A DNA stretch of 64,000 nt from contig JBBTRB010000002.1 in assembly GCA_038065395.1 (NCBI GenBank), positions 50,647 through 114,646 of the forward strand, in the 5' to 3' direction. Position 1 is the stretch's first letter; each line of letters opens with the position of its first letter. Shown here in pieces: positions 40,023-50,084 of this stretch. The position numbers were made by a program, and so were the translations under genes. The stretch comes from Patescibacteria group bacterium (GTDB lineage Bacteria > Patescibacteriota > Minisyncoccia > Phycocordibacterales > PALSA-1337). The notes beneath the pieces were generated by a model that was given only the letters and a program-made list of their open reading frames with translations, did not search any database and had not been told where the DNA came from.

Positions 40023-40060
40023 GAGGGATATTATAGCAGATGAAGATAGCGGACTGGCTC

Positions 40061-40825
40061 TTATATCACATCTACCGCCCGGAGTAATTCTACAAAACCA
40101 TCTATATGCACACTTTCTCTGCCCACCAGAAGCCCGTCGACTTTGCCGATAGTGATGATAGATGAGGCATTCTCAGCATTGACGGCACCACCATAGAGGA
40201 CTTTGATCTTGAGTGCGATCTCTGGTCCGAATATATCTGCGCAGATTTTCTTCACGAAGATACTCATTTCGCAGACTTGTTCTGGATTCATCGCTTCGGT
40301 AGCTCCGATCGCCCAGATCGGTTCGTAAGCGATAACGAGATTTTTGGCATGTTTTGCCTCGATCCCTGCCAGAGAACTACGGATCTGTTGCGTGAGTGTC
40401 TCGAGATATGTACCCGCATCGTCTCTCTGTCGTTCGCCAACACAAACGATCGCCATCATACCTTCATGTACGATAGCTGAGACACTTTTTGATACTTCTT
40501 CGTCGCTCACCCCGCGTGAACGTTCTTCAGAATGACCCGTGATGACATATTCAACCTTGAGATCACGGAGCATATGGACTCCCACTTCACCGGTATGAGG
40601 ACCCTCCTGGGTATAGGGCGATACCGACTGAACTCCGAGATACATATGTGGTGCCTCCGTCGAGGTATTGAAGCTCGAAATGAAAACAAATGGTGGACAT
40701 ACCACCACATCAGTATGGGCAAGTTCGCTTGCAGCTTGTCGTGTTTTGCGGACGATCACCTTGGCTTCATCGAGCGTAGCGGGATTCATCTTCCAATTAC
40801 CGACGACCAGTGTACGTTTTGACAT
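40061..40825 (-). CDS. tpiA: Triosephosphate isomerase
   Basis: GNWKMN, GHSEER, AYEPIWAIG, LYGG, DGLLVG. Confidence 0.97.
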   Translation of the reverse strand: MSKRTLVVGNWKMNPATLDEAKVIVRKTRQAASELAHTDVVVCPPFVFISSFNTSTEAPHMYLGVQSVSPYTQEGPHTGEVGVHMLRDLKVEYVITGHSEERSRGVSDEEVSKSVSAIVHEGMMAIVCVGERQRDDAGTYLETLTQQIRSSLAGIEAKHAKNLVIAYEPIWAIGATEAMNPEQVCEMSIFVKKICADIFGPEIALKIKVLYGGAVNAENASSIITIGKVDGLLVGRESVHIDGFVELLRAVDVI

Positions 40826-40889
40826 GAGGGTATTTTAGCATAAACAGAAACGTGAAACTTTGCATAGTATTTATCATTCTTGCCTCTTT

Positions 40890-41076
40890 TGTCATCCCCG
40901 CGAAAGCGGGGATCCAGGAGCAAGGGAGTGGCTACTTACTCAGATCTATATCATCACCAACCATTAGGAACTATCCCTGTAATTACATGCCGAACCTATC
41001 ATGTTCATTGTTTGTATAATCTAAGTCGACTATATACTTGAAGTGATCCTGGATCCCCGCTTTCGCGGGGATGACA
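40890..41076. mobile_element. MITE-like element bounded by 30-bp inverted family-A REP copies
   Basis: 40890-40919 is the exact reverse complement of 41047-41076. Confidence 0.6.
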
Positions 41077-41087
41077 CCCTACAATTT

Positions 41088-42527
41088 TTACTGTACCTCC
41101 TGCCAAGAAATCGTTTGATACTGACTCGACGTCAATGGGAATGAAGGTGGTGGACCATAGAGTAGGTTGGTATCGTAGGTGATATTGCGTATATCATAGC
41201 CTGTGCCGTTGGTATATGCGAAACCATAACGTTGGTTGGTAGCAATCATGCCATAGAGGGTCAGAACATCGCGTTCATAGTATTCTGTTCCGCCAGATTC
41301 GCAGTCATCGTCATAGTAATAACGCCCCACACGACCATTCTGCGCCACCAGTGCCGCATCAATACGCAGATCATCTTGACTCCACATGCCGACATTGAAG
41401 TTACCTTGGGCGATGAGCGCGAGCACATCGGTACCGTCATATCTGGTATAGAGCACGTCGTCATTGACCGTGATACTCGTACGCGTAGAGGCATTATCAG
41501 GGAAACGTCCCGAGGCGATCGTGAGTCTGGCCCCATCTATTCTACCCTCGACCCAGACATGGTCTTCGACAAAGATGATACCGTTGCCCGGAAATGGGAA
41601 GTTGCCCAAAGATGTCTGGTTGTTGATACTCCATGTCCCCCACCCATCTTGGCTGGCAGAGTTGGTACAGCCGCTCGGTGCTGAGCGTAGTGAATTGACA
41701 CGATACAGATCGAACGTGTCATTGGTATTGAGACGAATACGATATCCTTGTGACCCAGATGCAGCGATATATCTACCACTAGCCTGAGCATCGGCTTTCA
41801 TTTGTGCCAAGTCGAAGGTCAACCCTGCGAAGTCAAAAGATTGCACCGGGAACTGTCTCCCTGCGATGAAGACGTCTGGTCGACTCGGTACAGCCGCAGG
41901 CGGGTTGGGGTCCACGGGCGAGACGGTCGTATACACACCGAACTTTTGTTGTGAATTGCCATCATCAGGATCGTCATATGTTACCTGGGAACTCGTCACC
42001 AGGTTATGTGCCACACCCTCGAAACGCACACCACCGTTGGAATGCACAGGACCAAAGATCTCGGTACCAGAACCAAAACGCATGTTGTTATTGGCAACTA
42101 CGGCAAACTTGGCCAGAGATGGTATCGCCAGTCGTGCCTGGATCTTGCGATAGATGGTCGGATTGGACTCGAGGACGCCTTTGGACAATACACCAACGAT
42201 CGTTGAACCGATCGGTGGTGGAGTGATCGTGAGTTCGAACTGTCCGATGACGGTGCCACCTGTATCTGTCACATCGTGAATATACGGACCAGGTACACCA
42301 GTACCATCGGTATAGTCGGTGGCCGCATGAGCTAGATGCCAGCGATAATATTCGACTCCGGCTTCGGCGAGTTGGAATGCCTGTTCTCGATCCGAGAGCG
42401 TGCGCGTCGTCTTGAGCACTGTGGCGCCCCAGTTGGTCAGGCCAATCGTGACCGTGATCGCAATCGATGCGAATACGAGTGCATTGATCAGGATCATACC
42501 CTTTCTATATATAGATGGAGTGGTCAT
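41088..42527 (-). CDS. PilX-like minor pilin with large C-terminal domain
   Basis: RKG|MILINALVF prepilin-type N-terminus; AFQLAEAGVEY. Confidence 0.8.
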   Translation of the reverse strand: MTTPSIYRKGMILINALVFASIAITVTIGLTNWGATVLKTTRTLSDREQAFQLAEAGVEYYRWHLAHAATDYTDGTGVPGPYIHDVTDTGGTVIGQFELTITPPPIGSTIVGVLSKGVLESNPTIYRKIQARLAIPSLAKFAVVANNNMRFGSGTEIFGPVHSNGGVRFEGVAHNLVTSSQVTYDDPDDGNSQQKFGVYTTVSPVDPNPPAAVPSRPDVFIAGRQFPVQSFDFAGLTFDLAQMKADAQASGRYIAASGSQGYRIRLNTNDTFDLYRVNSLRSAPSGCTNSASQDGWGTWSINNQTSLGNFPFPGNGIIFVEDHVWVEGRIDGARLTIASGRFPDNASTRTSITVNDDVLYTRYDGTDVLALIAQGNFNVGMWSQDDLRIDAALVAQNGRVGRYYYDDDCESGGTEYYERDVLTLYGMIATNQRYGFAYTNGTGYDIRNITYDTNLLYGPPPSFPLTSSQYQTISWQEVQ

Positions 42528-43171
42528 AGATTGTCTTTGAGATTACGAAGTGACACCTGTGTCGAGAATGTTCGTGCTACCGGTGACCGGTTGGGATCAG
42601 AATCGAGGGTGATATTGGCCTTGATCAGACGGATCGAGGTGAGTACGAGTGGATATGTCATAGCTGCCGTCGTGCCATCATAGGCACTGAGATAGTATTC
42701 GAAAAGCGGCGTCGAGGACGAGTTGCGTATGCCGGTGGCCACAACTTTGACACTTTCCGCACCGGTATAGACTGCTGGTGACCCTGTCGGTAGTCTCACT
42801 CCCCTATAGAGAGTAGTCGTAGCGATGTAGTATCGGATTCGTTCGGTCACAGCATCACTATTGGTATCAGCAAAAAAGATGATTGTACTCGTACCTGCCG
42901 ACTCGATCGGATACGAACCATTGGCAGAGGGCGACATCGAGCGGAGTTCGCGAGCCATGATCTTCATGATATTCGAAGCTTCTTGCACATTGGTCAGTCT
43001 AACCTGTGTCGAACGGTTGTTACTGATCACATTGAACTGAAATGTTCCTACCGCGACCATGACTACAATGACGATCGATACGGAGACGAGTATCTCGGCG
43101 AGTGTCATTCCTTTTGAATGACGTCTGTGTCTTTTTGAAAGGCGCAGTGACATGGGTATATTGTAACGCAT
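42524..43171 (-). CDS. Type IV minor pilin (PilW-like)
   Basis: KG|MTLAEIL N-methylation motif; MARELRS. Confidence 0.85.
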   Translation of the reverse strand: MRYNIPMSLRLSKRHRRHSKGMTLAEILVSVSIVIVVMVAVGTFQFNVISNNRSTQVRLTNVQEASNIMKIMARELRSMSPSANGSYPIESAGTSTIIFFADTNSDAVTERIRYYIATTTLYRGVRLPTGSPAVYTGAESVKVVATGIRNSSSTPLFEYYLSAYDGTTAAMTYPLVLTSIRLIKANITLDSDPNRSPVARTFSTQVSLRNLKDNL

Positions 43172-44988
43172 TATGGTGCTAAGAGAACTTGATGTTCACT
43201 CCATGCATCTGTAATAGGTATGTCGACTGTATATGTGGCATACCCTGACTTTGAAACAGTCAGTGTATATGTTTCATTGTCGAGCAGATCAGCGAAGATC
43301 ACTTGTCCTGGTGGTACACAGTCCGAAGTATACGTGAATGACACATCCGACACATTGGGAGTAAAAGCGGGGTCGGCAGTTGCGAGATAGAGTCGATACC
43401 GTGCATATTGATGGTCCGCATGAATAGCACTTAACGATGAGTTCGATGAGGTGTAATACGTGGCAGCAGTTCCGTCTGGACCAACGAAGTTCCATGGTCC
43501 AGTGGGTGATGTACTGGCAGCGGTTGCGAACTGCATACGGACACTCTCTGCCCCTGTTTCTGCTGGCTGGTCGGTCGGTGACCAGATCAAAGAATAGAAG
43601 TTACTGTCAGATCCCGTATCGAACGTCGAGGATTCGAGCCACCCCGCTGGGTTATATGCCCCGAATATATTCCGAAGCATCACCTGCCCTGTCGAAGTCG
43701 CTACGTCAACATTAGTATCGTCAGCGAAATAGCGAGTCGCATCAGTGAAGGTGCTTTGTCCTGATCCACCCACCCAATTGGTTTGATTGATATACCCACG
43801 CCCCGTCTCGAACGTCTCGTCGTATCCGCCCACACCCGTGAGTTGCACAGTTACATCGGAGAGAGGTAGCTGAGTAGCACTGTCTTTGACAGTAACAAGG
43901 AGGCTCTGAGGATCCTTGGGTGCAACGATGAGCTGGAGCTGCATATCGGTGTCTGGGTTGACCGTGAATGGATTGAGCGGATTGATACCGATGAGGTCAT
44001 ATGCGGTATCGATAGCTGCAAACGTATATATATCCCATTCGAGTCCCGAGAGAGTGAGTGTGCCACTGCCATCAGTGGCATGATTGGAACCATATTTCGG
44101 CATTCCTGGACCATTCTCTTTGCCACTGGTCAGAGAAAAGTCAAAACTCGGGATCACCGAACAGGTCGGCGTGACACTACTGATGTGTACTGTACTGATC
44201 CTATCGATCGCAAAGCTGACCTGGGTCACCTGTTGTACCAAAACGGTTGCATCAGGTTTCGGGGGGATCGGGTTCGAAGTATCTGGAGGATAGGTACGAT
44301 CGGTCGAATATCCTGACTTGGTGACAGTGATACGGTACGCATTGACATCGGGCGGCACATCGACAAGCTGGAGGAGACCGTTAGCATCAGTGACGTCATT
44401 GATCTCGATCGTCGTCGTAGTGGTCGCAATGTTCTCTACGTTGACGGATACATTCTGGAGTGGCTGACCGTTGGCATCGAATACCCGGATGAAGAGTGCC
44501 CCGTTGGCCGATGCGGTCTCGAGATTCTTGGGTGCCACCTGGCCAACAAGCGTGATCGGCTGCATACCTCGACAGCCGTCACACGAGACAGTGATCTGTA
44601 CTTTCTTGTTATCCGCAGGAGAAAGATCGTTCGGCGTACCACCGATCGTCCCATCGAATAGGAGATCCACGTTACGTACGGTAGCAGTGACGGTAAAAGG
44701 TGTTCCCCCTCGAGTCAATGTTTGGATATGAGGTATTTTGCCCGGAGGGATACTGCCCTGAACGCCAACATCACTATACGGCAGGTTACGAGCGATCTCG
44801 AACTGTTCATTGGCAAGTGCCGTAGCAAGCACTCGATACTGACTCAGGTCAACGAGCTTAAAGAGACTCACGTATGCGTTATATGAAGCCAGCGCGATCG
44901 TCAAAAACACTGCAGTTCCCACGATCGCTTCAACCAAAGTGAAACCGCGACAATCAGTTTTTAAAGTTAGAAAGTTTTTAAAGTTCAT
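43171..44988 (-). CDS. Type IV minor pilin (PilV-like) fused to carboxypeptidase-regulatory-like repeats
   Basis: RG|FTLVEAI; LANEQFEIAR; VFDANGQPL...TVTKSGY repeats. Confidence 0.85.
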   Translation of the reverse strand: MNFKNFLTLKTDCRGFTLVEAIVGTAVFLTIALASYNAYVSLFKLVDLSQYRVLATALANEQFEIARNLPYSDVGVQGSIPPGKIPHIQTLTRGGTPFTVTATVRNVDLLFDGTIGGTPNDLSPADNKKVQITVSCDGCRGMQPITLVGQVAPKNLETASANGALFIRVFDANGQPLQNVSVNVENIATTTTTIEINDVTDANGLLQLVDVPPDVNAYRITVTKSGYSTDRTYPPDTSNPIPPKPDATVLVQQVTQVSFAIDRISTVHISSVTPTCSVIPSFDFSLTSGKENGPGMPKYGSNHATDGSGTLTLSGLEWDIYTFAAIDTAYDLIGINPLNPFTVNPDTDMQLQLIVAPKDPQSLLVTVKDSATQLPLSDVTVQLTGVGGYDETFETGRGYINQTNWVGGSGQSTFTDATRYFADDTNVDVATSTGQVMLRNIFGAYNPAGWLESSTFDTGSDSNFYSLIWSPTDQPAETGAESVRMQFATAASTSPTGPWNFVGPDGTAATYYTSSNSSLSAIHADHQYARYRLYLATADPAFTPNVSDVSFTYTSDCVPPGQVIFADLLDNETYTLTVSKSGYATYTVDIPITDAWSEHQVLLAP

Positions 44989-45371
44989 AAAGTTTTTATA
45001 AATCCTGAAAGCATTTTTGAAATCTCAAGAGAAAGACCATATGTCTTTTCAAAATCTTTAGCATTTATACTTTTAAGATCCAGGGCCAGATACAACATAG
45101 ACCTAACTTCAGCACATGATCCTTTTGATATATAAAGAAACCTTCTCAGCTCTACATTTCCACTCCTTTCAAATCCTTCTGCAATATTATTCATAATAGA
45201 AACAGAAGCAGACTGAATTTGATCCCGAAATTTAAAATCTCTTGAATCTTTAAACAGTTCATACGTAAGCAAGGTAAGTTCTCTCGCCTTTTGCCATGCT
45301 TTGATATCTTCGAATCTTTTAATTTGCATATCTTTTTAGGCTTTATGAACTTTAAAAACCTTCTAACTTTA
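44962..45371. repeat. 31-bp inverted repeats flanking the four helix bundle gene
   Basis: 44962-44992 versus 45341-45371, one mismatch. Confidence 0.8.
44985..45329 (-). CDS. Four helix bundle protein (23S rRNA IVP/TIGR02436 family)
   Basis: FEDIKAWQKA, DQIQSASVSIMNNIAEGFER, FLYISKGSCAE. Confidence 0.92.
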   Translation of the reverse strand: MQIKRFEDIKAWQKARELTLLTYELFKDSRDFKFRDQIQSASVSIMNNIAEGFERSGNVELRRFLYISKGSCAEVRSMLYLALDLKSINAKDFEKTYGLSLEISKMLSGFIKTL

Positions 45372-45375
45372 TGAA

Positions 45376-46593
45376 CTAAATTGCATTTACCAACGAATAC
45401 ATCGGGGAGATCATCGAGATCGCAAAGAATCCAACCGCCGCACCGATCACGATCATCAAGAACGGCTCTATGATCGTCGACATGTCTTTGGTCTTTTGTT
45501 CGACATCATTCTCGTAGTAGTGTGCAACCCCGAGCAACATCTCCCCCATCTTACCGGTCTCTTCACCAACACTCATCATCTCCGAGAAAAATACAGGGTA
45601 CAGGTTGGTCGACTCACCGAATGTCTTGGACATGACGTCACCTTTTTTGATCGCTTCTTTGGCCTTGTCCAACACTGCCCGAAAATGCACGTTCTGGACA
45701 ACCGCAGAGGTGATCGAGATCGACTCGACGACATCGACACCGGACGTGATCAGAGATGACAATGTGCGAGCAGTACGAGCGGCGTTGACTTCTTGGACGA
45801 GCGCACCGATGACGGGGATCTTGAGGAGTGTGGCATGGATCGTCTTTTTGCCCGAAACAGTTTTCTTCCACCAGGAGAAGATGATAGCGAGGACGATGAC
45901 TCCGAGAATGACCCAGAGCCCTTGATGTTGGATGATGTTACTGAGAGTTAGGATGAACTGTGTACTTGCGGGGAGTTCGACTTTGAGTTCAATGAACGTG
46001 GCCATGAGTGTCGGGATCACGAAGATGAACATGAGAATAGCAATGATGATCATGGCCGCCACGATAACTGCCGGATACATCATCGCCCCACGAATACGAC
46101 GCTCAAGCGCATACGAGCTATCCATCTGAATACCGATCGCCTTGAGTGACTGTGCCAATGTTCCACTTTGTTCACCTGCATGAACCATCGAGATGAAAAG
46201 CTCAGGGAAGATCTTGTCATGGCGCTTGAGTGCATCGGTGAACGTATTACCTTTGTTGATCTCAGCGATCACATCGGTCAAGACTTTTTTGAAACCGGCC
46301 TTTTTGGACTGACGTTCGAGCACAGTCAATGCTCGCGAGAGCGCGAGTCCTGCTTCGAGCATCGCTCCGAGGTTGCGAGCGAAGTTGATCTTGTCGATCG
46401 TCTTGATACCACGCGTGCCTTTGCCAAAAGAGATCAGAGCCCCCAACTTCATAGGCTTCTTTTCTTCGGCAGAGATCATCTCATCTCCTGTCTCACGGAC
46501 GAGTTTGTAGAGCTCATAGCGATCTGCAGCATCCCGCTCGGCGGTGTATGTTTCGCCGGTGGCCTTTTTTGCTTTGAATCGAAAATGAGACAT
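45376..46593 (-). CDS. pilC: Type IV pilus platform protein PilC/GspF
   Basis: Two T2SSF domains: GEQSGTL, AMMYP, GEETGKM, IIEP. Confidence 0.92.
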   Translation of the reverse strand: MSHFRFKAKKATGETYTAERDAADRYELYKLVRETGDEMISAEEKKPMKLGALISFGKGTRGIKTIDKINFARNLGAMLEAGLALSRALTVLERQSKKAGFKKVLTDVIAEINKGNTFTDALKRHDKIFPELFISMVHAGEQSGTLAQSLKAIGIQMDSSYALERRIRGAMMYPAVIVAAMIIIAILMFIFVIPTLMATFIELKVELPASTQFILTLSNIIQHQGLWVILGVIVLAIIFSWWKKTVSGKKTIHATLLKIPVIGALVQEVNAARTARTLSSLITSGVDVVESISITSAVVQNVHFRAVLDKAKEAIKKGDVMSKTFGESTNLYPVFFSEMMSVGEETGKMGEMLLGVAHYYENDVEQKTKDMSTIIEPFLMIVIGAAVGFFAISMISPMYSLVNAI

Positions 46594-46618
46594 ATTTTAT
46601 CCTATAAGTATACTACGG

Positions 46619-48370
46619 CTACTCCGAAACGACGCGAAGTACCTCCTCTATCGTTGTGATACCGGTGACACATTTGTATATACCGTCTTCGAGCATACTG
46701 AGCATGCCTTCTTTCTTGGCTTGGGCCTCGAGTTCGACCGACGTTGCTCCTTTCATGATCAGATCCTTGATCGCCTGAGAAACACGAAATATCTCGTGGA
46801 TGCCAACACGACCCTTGAAACTCTCTTCTTCGGTTGCACCGCCAGCTTTCCAAAATGAGATGTCTTTCCAGGTATCAGTAGGCTTGATAACCTTGTCATC
46901 CTTGAGTGCTGTCAGTACCCGCTCAAGATCCACGGTCTTTTCGAGTTGGGTAAACTCGTCTTTACTCAGTTTGTACTGTTGTTTACTATCGGTCAGTTTG
47001 CGCACCAAACGCTGTCCGATGATGACGTTGATCGTCGACACCAGGAGGAACGGCTCTACCTTCATATCCAAAAGACGCGGAATGGCTCCGGCGGCGGAGT
47101 TCGTATGCAACGTCGAGAGCACCACGTGACCAGTGAGCGCAGCATTGACCGCAAGCGCGGCAGTTTCGTTGTCGCGGATCTCTCCAACCATGATGATGTC
47201 TGGATCCTGACGAACGAGGGTACGTATACCCTGTGCGAATGAAAATCCGATCTCTGGATGTACCTGAGTTTGGTTGATACGTGCCATCTGATATTCGATC
47301 GGGTCTTCGATGGTCGAAATATTCACATCAGGAGTATTGAGAATATCGAGCATCGTATAGAGGGTGGTGGTTTTACCGGAACCTGTTGGACCGGTGGTGA
47401 GGATGAGGCCAGTGGTTTGTTTGAGAGCCTTGTATATGCGCTCGAGTCCTTCCCCGTGGAAGTTGAGGAATTCGAGAGTAAAACCAGAAATACTTTCTCG
47501 CAACAGACGCATCACGGTTTTCTCTCCATAGTAGGTAGGGAGGATCGACACACGGAATGAAACTTTCTCGTTGTTCATATCTACCTTGAAACGACCGTCC
47601 TGAGGCAGACGCTTTTCGTCGAGCTTGAGGTTGGAGAGGACTTTGATACGTGCCGTGATTGAGGGTCCTGCCTGTTTTGGGAGCACCATCGCATCATGGA
47701 GCAGTCCGTCGATGCGATAACGCACCAAAACTTGGTTGTCCATCGGCTCGATATGGATATCAGAGGCATCCTGGAGGATGGCATGCTTGACCAAGGTGTC
47801 GACGATACGCACGACTGGCAGTCCTTCGGCGATCTTCTTGAGGTCGCCTTCACTGGTTGCATCACTCCCCTTCTCGTCAGAGATCATCTTCAGAGCGTCG
47901 GTCTCCTTTTGGATAATATCGCCGAACTCAGCTTTGAGACTCTTCTGATATTGGACGAGAGTCTCCTTGATAGAGTCGGAGTCTGTGAGGCGCGGAAGGA
48001 TCTTGAGGTTGACCTTCTTCTTGATAAAGTCGATCGCAGACAAGTCGTTGACATCGAGCATCGCCACCTCGAGCGAGGTATCTGCCTTTTTGAAGGCCAC
48101 GATGTTATGTGCACGAGCGATCGGCTCGGGTATGAGTGAGAGCGTCTCGAAAGCTATCTTCTTGCCTTTGAGGTCTACGAAAGGGATACCGAGCATGTAC
48201 GCCTGCATCCTTCGTAGGTTGTCGGTCGTCATTTTGCCCGTTGAGACGAGTACTGAACCGAGAGATTTGTTGTTTTTCTCGGCTTCAGTGCGGGCAGCCT
48301 CAAGATCTTCTTTGCTTACGAGGCCAGAGTCCAGGATGAATTTGTAGAGCTGAGCATCTTCGACGAGCAT
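46619..48370 (-). CDS. pilB: Type IV pilus assembly ATPase PilB/GspE
   Basis: ASDIHIEP, PQDGR, GPTGSGKTT, TIEDPIE, RQDPDIIMVGEIRD, TLHTN. Confidence 0.95.
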   Translation of the reverse strand: MLVEDAQLYKFILDSGLVSKEDLEAARTEAEKNNKSLGSVLVSTGKMTTDNLRRMQAYMLGIPFVDLKGKKIAFETLSLIPEPIARAHNIVAFKKADTSLEVAMLDVNDLSAIDFIKKKVNLKILPRLTDSDSIKETLVQYQKSLKAEFGDIIQKETDALKMISDEKGSDATSEGDLKKIAEGLPVVRIVDTLVKHAILQDASDIHIEPMDNQVLVRYRIDGLLHDAMVLPKQAGPSITARIKVLSNLKLDEKRLPQDGRFKVDMNNEKVSFRVSILPTYYGEKTVMRLLRESISGFTLEFLNFHGEGLERIYKALKQTTGLILTTGPTGSGKTTTLYTMLDILNTPDVNISTIEDPIEYQMARINQTQVHPEIGFSFAQGIRTLVRQDPDIIMVGEIRDNETAALAVNAALTGHVVLSTLHTNSAAGAIPRLLDMKVEPFLLVSTINVIIGQRLVRKLTDSKQQYKLSKDEFTQLEKTVDLERVLTALKDDKVIKPTDTWKDISFWKAGGATEEESFKGRVGIHEIFRVSQAIKDLIMKGATSVELEAQAKKEGMLSMLEDGIYKCVTGITTIEEVLRVVSE

Positions 48371-48526
48371 ATTGCATATATTGTACCAAATACCCCACCA
48401 ACTCACATGGGAAAACTATGCCTTTGAACAGAGGTGCATTTGCACGCATCTTCTGGTAGGCTCTCTTACAGAAAAGTCGTTCGGTTCAATAAACTCAGCA
48501 AACACACTACACACAAGAAAGGATCT

Positions 48527-48928
48527 ATGAGCGCACAACTGCATATTTTGGTGGTTGATGATTCAGATACAGAGAGAAAAGTGACTGTTGAACTCCTCAC
48601 AAAAGAGGCGTACCTCGTAACTACAGCAAGATCAGTCCGGCAGGCGAAGGATGTCTTGCGGGCATATAATTCAGCCCATGCTCTAGACAGCATTCGAGTA
48701 GTTGTCTTGGAAAGTGATTTGGGTGGGGTAGACGCTATCGAAGATCTCCTCCCCATCTCAGAGGAAAAACTGAAAGTTTCACCTCAAGTAATCCTCCTTA
48801 ACAGAGACAGCTTACATCCTGGGCGCCACAGAAAAGCAATCGGCCGTGGAGCATATCTGATCTTGCACAAAGCACACACTTTGGATCGACTTGTTCCGAC
48901 CATTCAACAACTGTTCGACCTGAAGTAA
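48527..48928 (+). CDS. Single-domain atypical response regulator receiver
   Basis: ILVVDDS...VVVLESDL (Glu at the phosphoacceptor position)...GAYLILHK. Confidence 0.75.
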   Translation: MSAQLHILVVDDSDTERKVTVELLTKEAYLVTTARSVRQAKDVLRAYNSAHALDSIRVVVLESDLGGVDAIEDLLPISEEKLKVSPQVILLNRDSLHPGRHRKAIGRGAYLILHKAHTLDRLVPTIQQLFDLK

Positions 48929-48965
48929 ACCACTCACCATCCCAGATTCGAACCACAAGCCATCC

Positions 48966-49733
48966 TTATGGCTTTTTTTGTACTTCCACATACAAAAACA
49001 TCGGGATCTCTTTCCTCATACGATCTTCCTCTGCGGAACGAGCGCCGGTCTGACTTTTTTTGTGAGAGATCCATTCTTCGAGACGGGTGACTGCAAAACC
49101 AGCTTTGGTACAGGCTTTGAAATACACCTGAAGTGGTCGGTGGAATGAAACGGTGGTCTTTTTCTTGGTCGAGTCCTTCTCACCAGGAGTCATATCGATC
49201 TCGGAGGTCTTCTCGGACATATACCCGTCGAGTCTACGATATTGTTTGCTCGAAGCTTCGTCCCATGCCCAACTCGAGTTCCCTGGTATACGGAATGCAG
49301 GATGATTGAGGACAATATGGAGACGCGCCCCCGGTTTCAAAACTCTGGCCGCTTCTGCCAAAGTTTCCTGGAGACGTTCGATATTCTGGAGTGCCAAGAC
49401 GATAACCGCCTTGTTGAAAGATGCATTCTGGGCAAAGCCAAGCTTATCGGCCGGAGTTGCGTGATACTGGATCGATGCGGGCGAGTTCTTTTGGGCGAAG
49501 GTTATGAGCTCCTGTGCGATATCGGCACCAGTGACCTCTGCCCCTTTCTCGGCGAAAGCCCGTGCAAAATACCCCTGACCACAGGCGATCTCGATGATCA
49601 TATCGCCTTTTTGTGGTGCAACCAGACGAAGGAGGTTCGGAAGGATGACTTCTTTCTGATATGTCCCCTCGCCGTTCTCGAGGAGATCGTCGTACCAACC
49701 TGCCACAGAGCCCCATGATGTGTCTTTGTTCAT
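48966..49733 (-). CDS. Class I SAM-dependent methyltransferase
   Basis: EIACGQG, GADIA, ARVLKPG, NHPAF, FHRPL. Confidence 0.9.
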   Translation of the reverse strand: MNKDTSWGSVAGWYDDLLENGEGTYQKEVILPNLLRLVAPQKGDMIIEIACGQGYFARAFAEKGAEVTGADIAQELITFAQKNSPASIQYHATPADKLGFAQNASFNKAVIVLALQNIERLQETLAEAARVLKPGARLHIVLNHPAFRIPGNSSWAWDEASSKQYRRLDGYMSEKTSEIDMTPGEKDSTKKKTTVSFHRPLQVYFKACTKAGFAVTRLEEWISHKKSQTGARSAEEDRMRKEIPMFLYVEVQKKP

Positions 49734-49816
49734 ATAAAATGTACCCTTAGTATACCTGAAGGCCTAGGGTAGACCTAGGCTCACCAAATCCCTGGTATAC
49801 TATCTACGTGCACAGC

Positions 49817-49897
49817 ATTCCACCCTACTATCGGGCTAGCTCCGTGCAATACCAGCCGAAAGGCCGGAAAGAAGCTAGCCCGGTACTAAGGTGGAAT
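49817..49897 (+). ncRNA. Candidate structured RNA or cis-regulatory leader
   Basis: 25-bp imperfect stem with an apical GCC-GAAA-GGC hairpin, downstream of TGGTATACT. Confidence 0.45.
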
Positions 49898-50084
49898 ATA
49901 TGACCGTTTTCAAGTCCCAGCCTAATATGGATACTTATTTCTGGCAACATAGACAGGTTCCAGACACTCTCTACATCATATAACGTCGGAAAGAAATTTT
50001 TGTTACAGGAAGCACAGGAGAGAATATTACCTGGGGACAATTGACACCTTGTAAAGAAATTAGGTGTGATAAAATTATCTCATT

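Noticed and set aside
28280-45329. Diversity-generating retroelement suggested by Avd-like four helix bundle genes
   Set aside because: No reverse transcriptase or TR/VR pair seen in the window
48935-48965. TTCGAACC resembling a tRNA T-arm
   Set aside because: No cloverleaf and too little space between the genes
49817-49897. SRP RNA or c-di-GMP-I riboswitch call
   Set aside because: Lacks the CAGG...GGAA...AGCAG and GGGACGCAAA consensus; kept only as an unnamed structure
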